From: the human T2T-CHM13v2.0 reference genome, Homo sapiens
Reading direction: 5' to 3'
Assembly: GCA_009914755.4 (NCBI GenBank)
Contig: CP068257.2
Coordinates: forward strand, 16,640,001-16,704,000
DNA: 64,000 bases
This document shows, one piece after another, positions 17,621-32,201 of this stretch. Made by a program: the position numbers and the translations under genes. The notes beneath the pieces are model-generated. The model worked only from the letters and a program-made list of their open reading frames with translations. It did no database searches and was not told the origin of the DNA. Within the stretch, counting starts at the first letter, position 1, and the number at the start of each line of letters is the position of its first letter.

Positions 17621-19941
17621 CTAGAGAAAAAAGAAAAAAGCATACAGACAAAACAAAAGCATAAAGAAAAGACCATAAGTTAGACTTTCAGTTCCTTAAT
17701 GCTATGGACATTAAAACAAATTATGGGATACCAGCCAAAAAAATGAACGTTTTAATATAAAACTTCATGTGTTTTCCTATCTAAAGGATGATGCAAATGA
17801 GTAGAATTACCCATAATCCCATGAAATGTCATTTTAACTTTAATGTAATATCTTTAGTCTTTGTTTGCATTCTTATGTATTATTTTACAAAGTTAAATCA
17901 TTACATATATCACTTAGTTACCTGTTTTATAAATGTGATTTTTTCTATGTTGTCAAATAGTTTCCATAAAAACCGCTTTGAATGACAATTTCCCAGCATT
18001 GCTGCACTGTAATTTATTAAGCTTTTCTCCTGTTGTATAGCTCATCTTTTTTTTGGCTCATCTTTTTAAAAGTGCATGTAGATAACAACATAGACAGAGA
18101 CTATCTTCAGTGTTTAATTTTGCTTTGTTCTTGATATTTCATTCAATTCAAAGGCTAACAAGCCCTAATTTAAAGGAAGTCATGTGACTGCACTAAAGGA
18201 GAGACTATGCAGCTTTGGCCTGCAAGTGTCAATTGGCGAGGCACCACAGGGTGGAGAGAGACACCTCTGTGTGATCAAAGACATTGAGGCCCCAGGCTTT
18301 CTTTTCCCTGAAAACCTATAATTCCCATGCTCTCAACTGTGAGCTCTAATTGAAGATTTCTCTTAATTATCCTGACACTCTTTTTTAGACTTAGCTGGAG
18401 ACTTTTAGCTTTTAATTCTTAATCTTGTTTCTTGCCTTTTATTTCAGATTTTAATCATCATATAAAAATATGCCTTTAGGCTGGAAACATCCTGATTTCT
18501 GCTCTCTTCTACCAGTGAGCAGGGAGATGATGTGGTTCTACCTTTTGGAGTACTGTGATGGACCCACCCATTGCCTCTTTAAAAGAAGCCCCAATGTCTT
18601 CCCCAGGCTATTGCCAACACTGACCCTTTTCTGTCTGTTTCCAGGGAACTTCCAAGTAACATTCAAAGCTTTTCTGATCAATTAGAAGATACGAACTATT
18701 TAGAAAGTGGTTCTTCTCTCTTTTAATGTTTTCATCAAGCTGAAAGAATGTTTAGTAACTTTCATCTACTGAACGTAGAGCTGGGACAATAGATGTCTAT
18801 TTAATGTTCCAGAATTTAAATCTTGCACTTTTATTTTGTAAACAGATAAAAGTAACTGAAACACACAAAGCCATTACCATACTTTAATAAAGCCTGAAAT
18901 GGATTTACCAAGGGAAAGATGAGCCTTGGAATTCCTATTGTTAAAGATTATGCTATTCCACCAAGTGGGCAGAAGGAAAATCTCATTTAAATATTTACAT
19001 AAAATGTATTTGCTATGGCTTAGAAAACAAAACAGGTGTGAAGATGTCAAAGGGTAGCTGAGAATGTAGAAAGTCTGGAATGCTCCAGATCATGAAGAAC
19101 TTCACAGATGCAGAACACTTTTATTTAAGGACTCACACATTTAGAGCAGACCGAATCTAGATAAACACAGATGTTAGAGGACCTTGAATTTCACCATTCT
19201 TGCAGGTTTTGGTAGAAATCCTCACAGTAATCTCAGCTTTCAAAAATATCAAGGGATGCCATTTCAAATTAAAGAGGTTTTAGTTGTGTTTTGCTGTCTG
19301 CAGGCTCCAGAAACGTCACTGGAATTCGTTGATTCGTGAACATCACTGCTGCCAGAGTAAAGTTGGTTGGTTGGGAGAGTCATTCTCCAGCCTGTCTTCT
19401 AGACATCTCTCTTCTTTTCTTGTGTTTGATCATTTCTAGTTTCCTCATTCAGCTGAATGCCTGCCCTGTGTTTAACATTCTTCTAGGTAGTTTTCCACGT
19501 TCTTGACTCCCCATGACACATTCTCAAAGTGATGCTCTTTCCAGACAAGCAGCACCAGCCTCAGGAGAGAACATAGGTCCAAAGGCAAATTCTCCACCCT
19601 CACTCGAGGCCGACTTAGCCAGTAGTCTTAGGCCTGCTCTAGGGTAGGGTCCGGCTATCTGTATTTCACCAAGCCCTCCAGGTGATCCTGGTGCCTGCTA
19701 CAGTCAGGAAATCATGTTATAGCCAAATATAGCATCTTTTTCTGCTACTGGCATGAGGCTCTGCTTTTTGACATACAAAGTGACTTCTAGTTACCCAATA
19801 ATCTGTTTTACGGCACTCATGTCTAAATGAGGAAACCTTTTGAAAGGTGTATCATTAAAAATAGATGTTAGAGAGGTGGATTTTAGACTCTTCACTTATC
19901 TATAGCTATCCTTTCCCCCGTCTCTTGGATATCTCTTTTAA

Positions 19942-20592
<651 letters not shown>

Positions 20593-23059
20593 TAGAAGGA
20601 AAGATGACTAGAGCCAAATTTTTAAGAATAATGGGTATTCAGTAAATGCCACTTGTTCCACCCTGAGATTTTCAAATGCTGCTCCAGGGTGGCACTTTCA
20701 CTATCCAGCAGAGAAAATTGGAGATACATATACACATGGATAAAAGATGTGTAATCTTATTTTCTGAGATGATCTTTTCAACATTTTTAGTCTCAAATTT
20801 AACATGAGAAAACAAATATAAATATGTCGTCTTGGGTTATTTAGAGTAGTTGAACAAAATACTCCTTCAAAAATAGTTACAAAATTATCACATAATTACA
20901 TTTTTGTACTAAATATTGTTACCAGTAACATAAGAGTAGGGTATAGGGCCCTCAGTTCATACCAATGTTTCTCCAGATGTCAGTTCTACATGTTAAATTT
21001 GGGATTTGTGATGGACTACCTGCATTTCAAATCCTGTCAAGTCAAACTCATTCTTTTTCTGACTAAACACAATTTATTTCTTTGTAAGCACAGTAAACAG
21101 ATTAAAAAGCAGCAGAAGTTTACAACAAACTATTCCTTATTTTAAGAAATCACGAGGCAATAAATATACATTAAAAATCTTCTTCACAGAAGAAAAGATT
21201 ACCCTATGTGAAGTCACCATTTACTTTTGAAAGACAAAAATCTCAGAACTACTAAAAAATTGAATTCAGAGGAAATGTATTATATTAAGTTCTGTAATAT
21301 TTAAGCACGCACCTGAGGCTCTTACTGCCTCAGTTTTCTTTTCTTGCAAGGAAATTAGTTGTTGATTTTTAGAGAGGCACTCTGCGAAGATTAAAACTAG
21401 ACTGTACATTTTCTAAATCTTTAAAATGTTCCATATTTGCAGATTTAGATAACTTCATTACACATTCACATAGCTGTTTGAAATCAGAAGTTTAGTATCA
21501 CATAGAAACTCCATATAGCATTACCTTGTTGACATACTAATGCCTCCCGGAAACCTATTTCTAAGCTTTTATTGCCATTTTTATAGGTTATATAACCTCA
21601 AAGAGCTCTCCTTACTTTAGGAAAACTTTATTCCATGTGAGAAAAGAAGCATATAGATGCAACCATTATTATTTTTGAGGTCATAGATGGCGTATAAAAA
21701 TATACTCATAGATGAATTCTAGGGAGTAAAAAAGGATATCTCAAGGATACTTGCATGGTATTAAATCTTCTGCTCTGTTCTTAGCCCCTGACTAGGTTTC
21801 TTCTCTTTTGTCTCACTTCTCAGGCTGAATTTGCTGTGATAAGAATTCTTCCCTGGAGCAGGAGCTTAGGCGGGGATGTTTTAAGGCCTTTGGACACACT
21901 AAAGCTAAAAAGAATAATAATGCATGCTGCAAATACTGCAACTAGGCACTGTAGCTCATTTCACACCCCAAAAGGTTTAAGTAATGAATAGAGCCAGGTG
22001 GGATTAGCCCGAAAAGGCTTTTGGAGAAGGACGGTTGTTTCTTTTCAGATTGGAGGGAAAGAAGGGGATTGATTTAGCAGGACAGAAGGCAGGGGGACCA
22101 TTTTACAGGCAGAGGCTTGGTGGATAGAAGAGATTCAATGGCAAATCATCCCACTAGGAAAGTAAAGGCATGTGGGCAGGTAGGTAGAAATGCCATTTCT
22201 GAGCTGGACACATTTCCACTACAATTATTTAACCATGTATTGCATTTATAACAATACACCTAGCACACACCTAGCCCAGTGATAGCTCTTAGCAAACAGG
22301 TAAGTTTAATTAATTTTAGATTTTCTGACTTCCACCCTTAGGAGTTGATGGCATTTACTCAGAAGTAAAGAAATGTCAATAAAAACAATTATCTTAACCT
22401 AATCAATTTCTACTTTTGTGCAAGCTACTGTATTAAGAGCAAGAGGTAAATTGATGGGTTAGTCTGGTAGCTATTCTCTGTTATCTTACAGATGCAATGG
22501 TATTACAAAGGAAAGAAACTGCTGGTACCTCCTTCCTACCAAAAATACGTCTGAGAGAAGTGATACTTCTAGGAGATTGTCAAAGAGGCAGAATCTCTTC
22601 ATGGGCAACATCTTGGAAACCTTGGGCAACGTGAACCACTTTAACATTATTTCCTTAGCTGCTGCTGCTGTTGGAGTTCCTTTTGTTTGTTTGTTTGTTT
22701 GTTTGGAGTAGAGGGCATATGACACACACCTCTACATTTCTTATTAAGTTTTCTCAGTGCATTATCACTTTCTAAGTACACATGAGTGAAATTTCCTTTA
22801 GAATTTAGTGTCCTTTAGAACTTGTCATCCCTTTGGAACTGTTAGCATTTATCTTATTTCGTCAGGAAAATTACATGGTTTTTTAATGTTTTCCTTTTTG
22901 CGTGGGTCTCCAGCAATCTCAGACATAAGTGTTAGTAATTACACCGACCTTTCATGTTTTGTAGATTTGCCTCTTTATTTCTTTGGATCTTATTTTTCTG
23001 TAGTATTCTATTAAACTTACTGCATATGTTCTTTGTTATATAGACCTCAGTTCCTTTTT

Positions 23060-23185
23060 GGAAAACAGATAATGGAAGAAAATCATGGGGGAAAAAAGAA
23101 AGAATAGAAGCACATGAGGAAAGAAGAAAGAAAATGAGGAAAGGAGAAAGAGGAAGGAAAAATTAAAGGGAGGGAGGAAAAAGGG
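23060..23185. repeat. GA-rich polypurine tract of about 125 bp.
   Basis: ggaagaaaatcatgggggaaaaaagaaagaatagaag...ggaaaaaggggat is almost entirely purines on the + strand. Confidence 0.8.
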
Positions 23186-23545
23186 GATATTATTTCACTG
23201 GATTTTATCGATTTTATTCAAAAATTGTTCTTCATCTCATAGAATATATAGCGTTAATTACAAGTTGAGCAGTTGGAAGCACTTTTTAGAATAAAAGCAG
23301 AATGAATAAGGAAGGTTTTGTTATAAGCTTCATAGGGCTGAGGTTTTCTGTCCTTACCTATTTCTGTTTTAGAATATAGAAACCTCCTCTTTTCCAAATA
23401 ACAGGATCTAAGGAAATGATAAAGGACATTGTCTTGGGTGAAAACATACTCTCTTGTTTTTATATAACAAAATAAATACCTATACATTACAGATAATTTT
23501 TGGCAGATGATTTGTAATTGTGCCAAAACATAAAAGATGTTCTCC

Positions 23546-23666
23546 CTCTTTTGTGTGTGTAATTATATTCTTAGTAATTTCCTGACAACAAAGAATCTCT
23601 TTGGTGACAAAATACGTATTAAAAAGTGTAAGCCAAAATACGAATGAAAGACAAAGAAGATTCTCC
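23546..23666 (+). repeat. Copy A of a locally duplicated ~120-bp segment. The partner copy is at 24634-24754, about 88% identical.
   Basis: ctcttttgtgtgtgtaattatattcttagtaatttcctgacaacaaag...gtgacaaaatacgtattaaaaagtgtaagcc...acaaagaagattctcc aligns collinearly with the second copy. Confidence 0.7.
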
Positions 23667-24633
23667 CTGAATGGTGGTGGTGCAAAGAAACGACATTTCA
23701 CAAAAGTCTTGATTTCCAATAAAATATTTTCAAATGCTTAGTAGGAGAAAGGAGGAATAATGTTTTTCCAAGTAAGAAGTAATACCCGTCTGTGGGTGGT
23801 GAAAACCTTGCTATGGATATTTTTCACTCTGTTGATGATATCCTTCTCAGATTTCTGATGCAGGTTTTAAAAAATTCTCCATTTGATTTCATCTATGCCA
23901 GGGTTCGTGGGGGTCTGGGGTGGTTCTAACAAAGTCAAAGTACGCTAGGACAAACTAAGAAATGTCCTGGATTAAGTCAGATGATTCTCAATAGGGTGTT
24001 TAAACCTGGTACGGTAGAAAAAAGTTGTTTGATATGTGTGTGTGTGTGTATCTTTATTTTGTTTTTATTACCAGGTGAAATCAAACTGTCAAAGTTTGGG
24101 GATGCTTTGTATAACTTCTATGTTGTTTTCTACTGAAATGAGTATATGAAGGATCGTGCGTGTCTTGACTACTCTGTCAGAATGACCTCGGCCTTTTAAA
24201 GAACTAAGACCTCTGGGTCTCACTCCAGCCAGGGTCCTTCACCTCTTTGGAATCCATGGACGTTCATGATAACATGTAGGAGGTTGGTAGTTGGCAAAGA
24301 AATAATTACATCTTTATTTTTACTAACTTTAATCTCTTCTTCTGATACAAATGTAGGTGATTAACCACAAAATTATTAGCAACATCTATAATATGGTCAC
24401 CAAAATGAACTGCAGATATATTCATATCATATTGCAGTTGCTAGATACATATAAAATATCATTTATGTTCACCTTTGATATTACAGTGGTCATTAGAGCC
24501 ACCAGTGTATCTTATTAAATATGTTAATAAAGAAATATATATTTCCATGGATTTAAAAATTTTTGATAATTATTTTTAATGTAATAAATTTCCTTTGTAG
24601 TTCTGTGTGTTTTAGTTTATATACTTAAAAATA

Positions 24634-24754
24634 CTCTTTTTTGTGTGTAATTATATTCTTATTAATTTCCTGGCAACAAAGTCTCACTTGGGTGACAAAA
24701 TACATATTAAAAAGTGTAAGCCGAAGTAGGAGCGACAGACAAAGAAGATTCTCC
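24634..24754 (+). repeat. Copy B of the locally duplicated ~120-bp segment. The partner copy is at 23546-23666.
   Basis: ctcttttttgtgtgtaattatattcttattaatttcctggcaacaaag...gtgacaaaatacatattaaaaagtgtaagcc...acaaagaagattctcc. Confidence 0.7.
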
Positions 24755-24903
24755 AAATTAAGTTTCCCCAGACTGACAAAAGTACCTATGACACATAAAC
24801 AAAGGTTGAGAGCACTTACCCTAGGTGGTGGTTCTCAACTCTAGAATGCACCTGAATTACCTGAAGGACTTATTAAATCACAGACTGCTGGGCCTTACGC
24901 TAG

Positions 24904-25264
<361 letters not shown>

Positions 25265-28149
25265 CCTTGAATTTCTATAAATTTATCCCAGGTGATTCCA
25301 TGCTGGGATGGAATTTGGTCCTAAAACCACACATTGAGATCCACTGACCTAGACCATTCTGAATCTAAGAGTCTGAGGCTGAGACTAGGTGATTCTTATG
25401 TATAACCAGGCTGTACCTTCAAGAGCTGGTGTAGCTGCTGTATTACAAGTCAGTGGTACACCTATTGTCACTCCCTTGCCCAGAGCAGACATAATTATCT
25501 TATCACTGTGCCTTCCCCCACCCTGCTAGATATTAAACCTATTAAGTATTAATGTTAAAAAGTATCAAATTATGGTAGTTTGCTATTAATGATTTGCTCT
25601 TTAATTATTTTTAATTAATGCATTTCTAATTTTAAAATGGAGAAAACATCAGAGTTATAATTTGTGCTTCAAGTAAATGATGGACTTTGTAGTTAAGTCA
25701 ATTAAACCAAATTAAAATAAGATTTCTTCCACAACCTTGCCCAAAGCTTTTCTCACCCACCCCACCACAGTAACATAGCTAAGAATAAAAGTACCTTCTG
25801 TGCTGAAGTTGCAAATCAAAAAATTTTAAAAATGTAAAATATTATTTATTTCTGTGTAAAGTTAGCGAATTAAGTAGAAATCATCTAAAGCCAAAGGTTA
25901 CATTTTTTTTTTACTGTTCCCATATCTGTGTTGTTGTTTTGTGTCTGAGTTGTAATAAGTCAAGGTTTTCCCCACATACTTGAAAATTTTGGGACATTGG
26001 CAGAAAATATGAACAAGGGCAGAAGCACTATATGTCTACCACCTCCTTAAACTAGGATGAAACATAGGTTCTATTTCCAGTGTTCCGGAACTCAGTGCTA
26101 AGTTGTATAAACAAATTCATTGCGGTGGTTACATCAGAATTTAAATGATTATGCTCTATGTTTTTGAAAGGCTTATTGAAAAACATTTTAATCTCTTCCC
26201 CCAGTATTTTCAAAACACCGCTGCAATGGAAGAACCTTGGGGTAATTCTGTTTCTTATTAGCATTTGAGAATGTAAGGCTCAATTTGATGTTCCTGATAT
26301 TTAGAAGTATCTTGGACAGGACTAATATGGGATTTAAAAATTAACACCAATTCCTCATAGGCCACCTTATTAGAACACAAATAACTAACTCCACTTTTGA
26401 GATATTAGTATTTCCTAAATTCTCTAAAGTTTTACAGAAATGATGTTTTTTTCTAGATTTTAATGATTTAGCAGGGTAAATCAGCTATATCATTTATATA
26501 TTGGGTTAGTAACAGGGAAATGCTATTTGCTAGGAAATACCATTAAAAAAACACTACCCTAAGTTTTTTTAACCTTTATTGTTGCATCAGTATAAAATGT
26601 TTTCTTTCATACTTTGATCAAAGACATGAAAATGTTATTCAAGGTACTTTTTATTTATGCATGTAATGAATGATAGGAAATGAAAAGGTTTAATATAAAA
26701 AAGGAAAGGCTAATGAAATAGGCCTCATAGGATTTACTAGAATCTGAGGGGAATTGCATTTTGTACCCTATCTGCATAAATAATCTTGAGAGACTACAGT
26801 GGCTTTTTAATAAATTGACTATCAAATTACTTTCTACTGCAGCAAACACACATCATTTTAAACTCACTAAGTTTTCTTTCAGTTACCATGCACCAGTCTA
26901 GACAAATTCTCATTAAGGATGTAACTTTCTTTCAATTACTAGAGCACTATGGAGACTATTTAATAAGCACAGGCTCAAAGATTAAAGTCTTTGCAGAGAT
27001 TACCTAACTCATTTACGAAGAAAGCAAGCACCTGACCTTCATCAAAAATATTGTATCTAAGGCAGTGGGATGTACTACTTGTGTTACAGACACTAAAAAA
27101 TCTGGTTATTTGTCTCTCTGTATCTGGTTAGAAGGACTACGATTCGTGGGAAATGGGATCAGTGAACTAGAGAGTAAAATCTGGCTGGGGAAACCACGTA
27201 AGTAAATGGAACAGAGCTGTGTGTCATCCACTCAGCTCAGGCCATTTTCTAGAAAGCCTTCCTTGACATGCCTTTATTGACTTAAGTTCTGCTACAGCAC
27301 ATTGCATTTATCACATTATATTGTAATGATCTATTATGTGTCTATCATCACCACATAAGCATGTAAAGCCATGTCTTATTTATTCATGGAACAGATACAA
27401 TATCATCACCTGTGCTTAGATTTCTGACCCAGGAATAATAATAATATATTTACATGATATACTGTTAAAATGTAATAAAGATGTATGTTTCCTTCCAATT
27501 CATTGGAAGGAACGTAAATGTAGGGATCCACATTTTGCTATCAGCCAACTAACAGGTTTCATTCAAATTAATTGAAAAAAACTTCTGTCAAAGTAAAGTG
27601 TTGATCATTTTGACCTTTGTGAATAACTCATCTTAACCCAATACATCCTCCAGGAAACAATGTAGTTAAAATTCACAAACCACAATAGAAAGAACTCCTC
27701 TTTTTATAATCACATGGTGATCTGCGAAAAGTGATGAATTGAGACACAAATCTGGGCAGGGAAAGCCCAGTCATCCGGGGCACTTGGACGCATCAATTGT
27801 GGAAGCAAGGTCAAGTCCCCAATCTCCTTAGCTTAATCTTTAGAAACTAAGTTCCTGAGTCTATACAGCAGCTCCTGAGCAATTGAAGCTAATGGCTTCC
27901 TAGGACCTCACCTCTTTGAATTCACTATTGAACTAAAATTAGTGTTTAAAGTAGGAACTTGGAATGAATGCCACTTACCCAGTTCTTTACTTGAAATGAA
28001 AATAAACAACTGTCACTTTCTGGGTTTTGTTGACTCTTTATCAACAAAAATTGTTTCTCCTACAACTTGCCCTCTTCCAAGACTTTATGTCTGAAAGCTC
28101 CCCATGTTTAAAGAGTTTTTGTTGAAGTTTATACTGTAGAATAAAAAGA

Positions 28150-28152
<3 letters not shown>

Positions 28153-28190
<38 letters not shown>
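28153..28190. repeat. (AC)n dinucleotide microsatellite of about 19 units.
   Basis: Perfect acacac... run. Confidence 0.95.
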
Positions 28191-28192
<2 letters not shown>

Positions 28193-28382
28193 TTAAAGTA
28201 CAGGAAGGCTCTGACTAATATGCATAAACCAAATCGATTTTTTTAACACATACTATTTATAAAAAATATGCTCAATAAAAGTAGGAATAGAAAGAAATCA
28301 CAAAAGAATGTGGTTTGACCCCATTTTATAAAAAGTTTAAAAGTACATATATGAACAAAGATCTAGAAAACTATACACTGAG

Positions 28383-29640
28383 ACTTTTTTTTTTTTTAAA
28401 GTTCTGGGACACATGTGCAGAACATGCAGTTTTGTTACATAGGTATACATGTGCCATGGTAGTTTGCTGCACCCATCAACCCATCATCTACATTAGATAT
28501 TTCTCCTAATGCTATCCCTCCCCTAGTCCCCCACCCACTGACAGGCCCTGGTGTGTGATGTTCCCCTCCTTGTGTCCATGTGTTCTCATTGTTCAACTCC
28601 CACTTATGAGTGAGAATATGCAGTGTTTGGTTTTCTGTTCCTGTGTTAGTTTGCTGAGAATGATGGTTTTCCAGCTTCATCCATGTGCCTGCAAAGGACA
28701 TGAACTTATCCTTTTTTATTGCTGCGTAGTATTCCATGGTGTATATGTGCTACATTTTCTTTATCCAGTCTATCACTGATGGACATTTGGGTTGGTTTCA
28801 AGTCTTTGCTGTTGTGAACAGTGCTGCAATAAACATACGTGTGCATGTGTCTTTATAGTAGAATGATTTATAATCCTTTGGGTATATACCCAGTAATGGG
28901 ATTGCTGGGTCAAATGGTATTTCTGGTCTAGATCCTTGAGGAATTGCCACACTGTCTTCCACAATGTTGGGAAAACTGGCTAGCCATATGCAGAAAACTG
29001 AAACTGGACCCCTTTCTTACACCTTATACAAAAATTAACTCAAGATGGATTAAAGACTTAAACGTAAGACCTAAAACCACAAAAACCCTAGGAGAAAACC
29101 TAGGCGATATCATTCAGGACATAGGCATGGGCAAAGACTTCATGACTAAAACACTAAAAGCAATGGCAACAAAAGCCAAAATTGACAAATGGGATGTAAT
29201 TAAACTAAAGATCTTCTGCACAGCAAAAGAAACTATCATTAGAGTGAACAGGCAACCTACAGAATGGGAGAAAATTTTTGCAATCTAGCCATCTGACAAA
29301 GGGCTAATATCCAGTATCTACAAAGAAGTAACAAATTTACAAGAAAAAAACAAACAAATTTACAAGAAAAAAACAAACAACCCCATCAAAAAGTGGGTGA
29401 AGGATGCGAACAGACAATTCTCAAAAGAAGACATTTATGCAGCCAACAAATATATGAAAAAAAGTTCATCATCACTGGTCATTGGAGAAATGCAAATCAA
29501 AATCACAATGAGATACCATCTCACGCCAGTTAGAACGGTGATCATCAAAAAGTCAGGAAACAACAGATGCTGGAGAGGATGTGGAGAAATAGGAACGCTT
29601 TTACACTGTTGGTGGGAGCGTAAATTAGTTCAACTAAACT
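28383..29640 (-). mobile_element. Young L1 (L1PA-like) 3' portion, inserted on the minus strand, with a 5' inversion. Poly-A is seen as the T-run at 28383-28397. The sense segment (L1 ~5380 to 3' end) lies at 28398-28975. The inverted segment (L1 ~4690-5380) lies at 28976-29640.
   Basis: ORF 28435..28737(-) reads MEYYAAIKKDKFMSFAGTWMKLE, which is the L1 ORF2 C-terminus. ORFs 28944..29288(+) and 29397..29642(+) read [32 protein letters not shown] and [28 protein letters not shown], which is the adjacent upstream ORF2 segment on the opposite strand. The breakpoint is contiguous in L1 coordinates. Confidence 0.85.
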
Positions 29641-29814
29641 GATTATTTATATAATGAATAATGAAATTCATTTCCTCTCTTTGCTCTTGATAGGAATTTC
29701 GTTCCTGATGAGGCTGACATCACTTGGATGAGGCTTGGAGCTGGGAAGTTTCCATTCTAAATGCACAGCTTTTGAGAATATAACAGGAACTGGAAGCTCT
29801 CAGTCCAACTGTAA

Positions 29815-31630
29815 GAAGCTAAGTTAGGTATAGAAGGAACGTACCTCAACACAATAAAGATTACATATGACAAAGCCATAGTTAACAATATATTAACAGG
29901 AAAAAGTTGAAATCTTTTCTTCTAAGAACTGGAACAAGACAAAGATACCTACTCTCACCACTCTTATTCAGTATAACACTGAAAGTCCTAGACAAAGCAA
30001 TTAGAATAAAGAGAGAAATAAAGGGCATCCAAATTGGAAAGAAGGCAGTCAAATTGTCTCTTTTCATAGATGACATGATCTTATCTACAGAAAAACCTAA
30101 ATACTCCACCAATAAAGAGAATTGATCATTGAATTTAGTAAAGTTTCAGGATACAAAATAAACAAAACAAAATCATTACAGTTTCTTTACATCAACAACC
30201 AACTAGCTGAAAAAGAAATCAAGAAAGTAATCCCATCTACAACAATCACAAAAAAAAACAAACACCTAGAAATAAATTTAACCAAGGAGGTGAAAGACCC
30301 CTTCAAGGAAAACTGTAAAACACTGATGAAAGAAATTGAAAAGGACACAAACAAATGAAAAGCATCCTATACTCACGGATTGGAAGACTTAATATTGTTA
30401 AAATAACAATACTACCCAATCCCTATTTAATGATAGGGATTTAATGCAATCCCTATCAAAACACCAAAGACATTCTTCACAGGAATAGAAAAAAAATCCT
30501 AAAATTTGTATGGAACCACAAAACACACCAAATAGCCAAAGCAATCCTGAGCAAAAAGAACAAAACTGGAGGCTTCACACTACCAGATTTCAAAATATTC
30601 TACAAAATTATAGTAACCAAGATAACTGGCATAAAAATGGACAACAGACCAATGGAACAGAATAGAGAACAAGATAGAGAACACTGAAATAAATCTATGT
30701 TTACAGCCCACTGATTCTTTTTTTTTTTTTTTTTTTTTAACAAAGGCACCAAGAACATTCACTGGGGGGAAAGAACAATCGCTTCAGTAGATGATGCTGG
30801 GAAAACTGGATAACTATATGAAGTATGAAACTAGACCCTTATCTCTCACCATATAGAAAAATCATATCAAAATGGATTAAAGAGTTAAATCTAATACCTA
30901 AAATGTTGAAACCACTAGAATAAAACATTGGGGGAAACACTCCAGGACATCGGTCTGGACAATGATGGCTTGAGTAAGCCCATAAAAGCACAGGCAACCA
31001 AAGCCAAAATGGACAAATGGGATCACATCACGCTAAAAAGCTTCTACACAGCAAAGGGAATAACCAACGAAGTGAAGAGCAAATCCACAGAATGGGAGAA
31101 AATATCTGCAAACTATCCATTTGACAAGCACATATTAACCAGAATATATAAAGAGCTCAAACAAATCGACAAGAAATAAAAACATATATTCCGACTTTAA
31201 AAATAGGCAAATTATCTGAATAGACATTTCTCAAAAAAAGACATACAAATAGCCAACAGAATATGAAAAAATGCTCAACATCACTAATTACTAGAGAAAT
31301 GCAAATCAAAACCACAATGAGATATCTCTCACCCCTGTTATAATAGCTTTTATCAAAAGAGAGGCAGTAAGGGATACTGGTGAAGACATGGAGGAAGAAG
31401 AACACCCATAGACTGTTGGGGAAAATATAAATTAGTACAGCCACTATTCAGAACATTATGGAAGTTTCTTAAAAAACTAAAAATAGAACTACCATATAAT
31501 CCAGCACTTCCACTGCTGGGCATATATTCAAAAGAAAGGAACTCAGTATATCAAAGAGGATATCTGCCCTCCCATGTTTATTGCAGCACTATTCACAATA
31601 GCCAACATTTGGAATCAACCTAAGAGAAAA
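29815..31630 (+). mobile_element. Older L1 (L1M/L1PB-like) ORF2 fragment running from the reverse-transcriptase domain through the C-terminal region. It is degenerate, with stops. A T22 homopolymer at 30719-30742 replaces about 6 bp of ORF2.
   Basis: ORFs 29907..30125 and 30122..30358 read [24 protein letters not shown] and FSKVSGYKINKTKS, which are RT motifs. ORF 30928..31179 and the downstream sequence match L1 ORF2 C-terminal regions. Confidence 0.85.
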
Positions 31631-32201
31631 GCATATGTTTTATAATTAGAAAACTTTGGGCATATGTTTTTATAGATTGGTATATGGATATTTACATATA
31701 CATAGAGTGTATATATAATGTATTGCTTAAGTATTTGGCACTGCTTTTTAAAGACAAGGATTAGCCTAGAGTTTAGCATTACAATAATACAAAATAGACA
31801 TGGTTCTTCCCTTTATAGACCTCATAGTTTAATATGACAAACAAACTTTAAATGATATAGTGTTATAAGTTATAAAGATAACCACATGTGAGCCAACATG
31901 GTTAGTAATCACTAAATCTTCAAAATCATTAAGGATCAGAATGGTGGGTTAGAGTTGCCAGGTTGTAAAATGCAAAATAAGTATGTTATTACTGCTCATT
32001 ACTTTCATTTTCTACCTAATTACTTAATTACTTTTAAGACTTGATGGGAAGGTAAAAAACAAATATGGCGAAATTACATATTTGATGCAAGCTATTAATG
32101 CATTAGACTGGGAGGTATAATACATTTTTGATGAGTTATTAATTGGAATTTTTACTTGCATCATCCTTGCTGAGAATATCTTTCTTTATCCTTCTGTAAT
32201 A

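Noticed and set aside
29641-29814. Possible additional L1 or unknown repeat between the young inverted L1 and the older L1
   Set aside because: I could not match it convincingly to L1 ORF2 or any family by eye. It is left unannotated.
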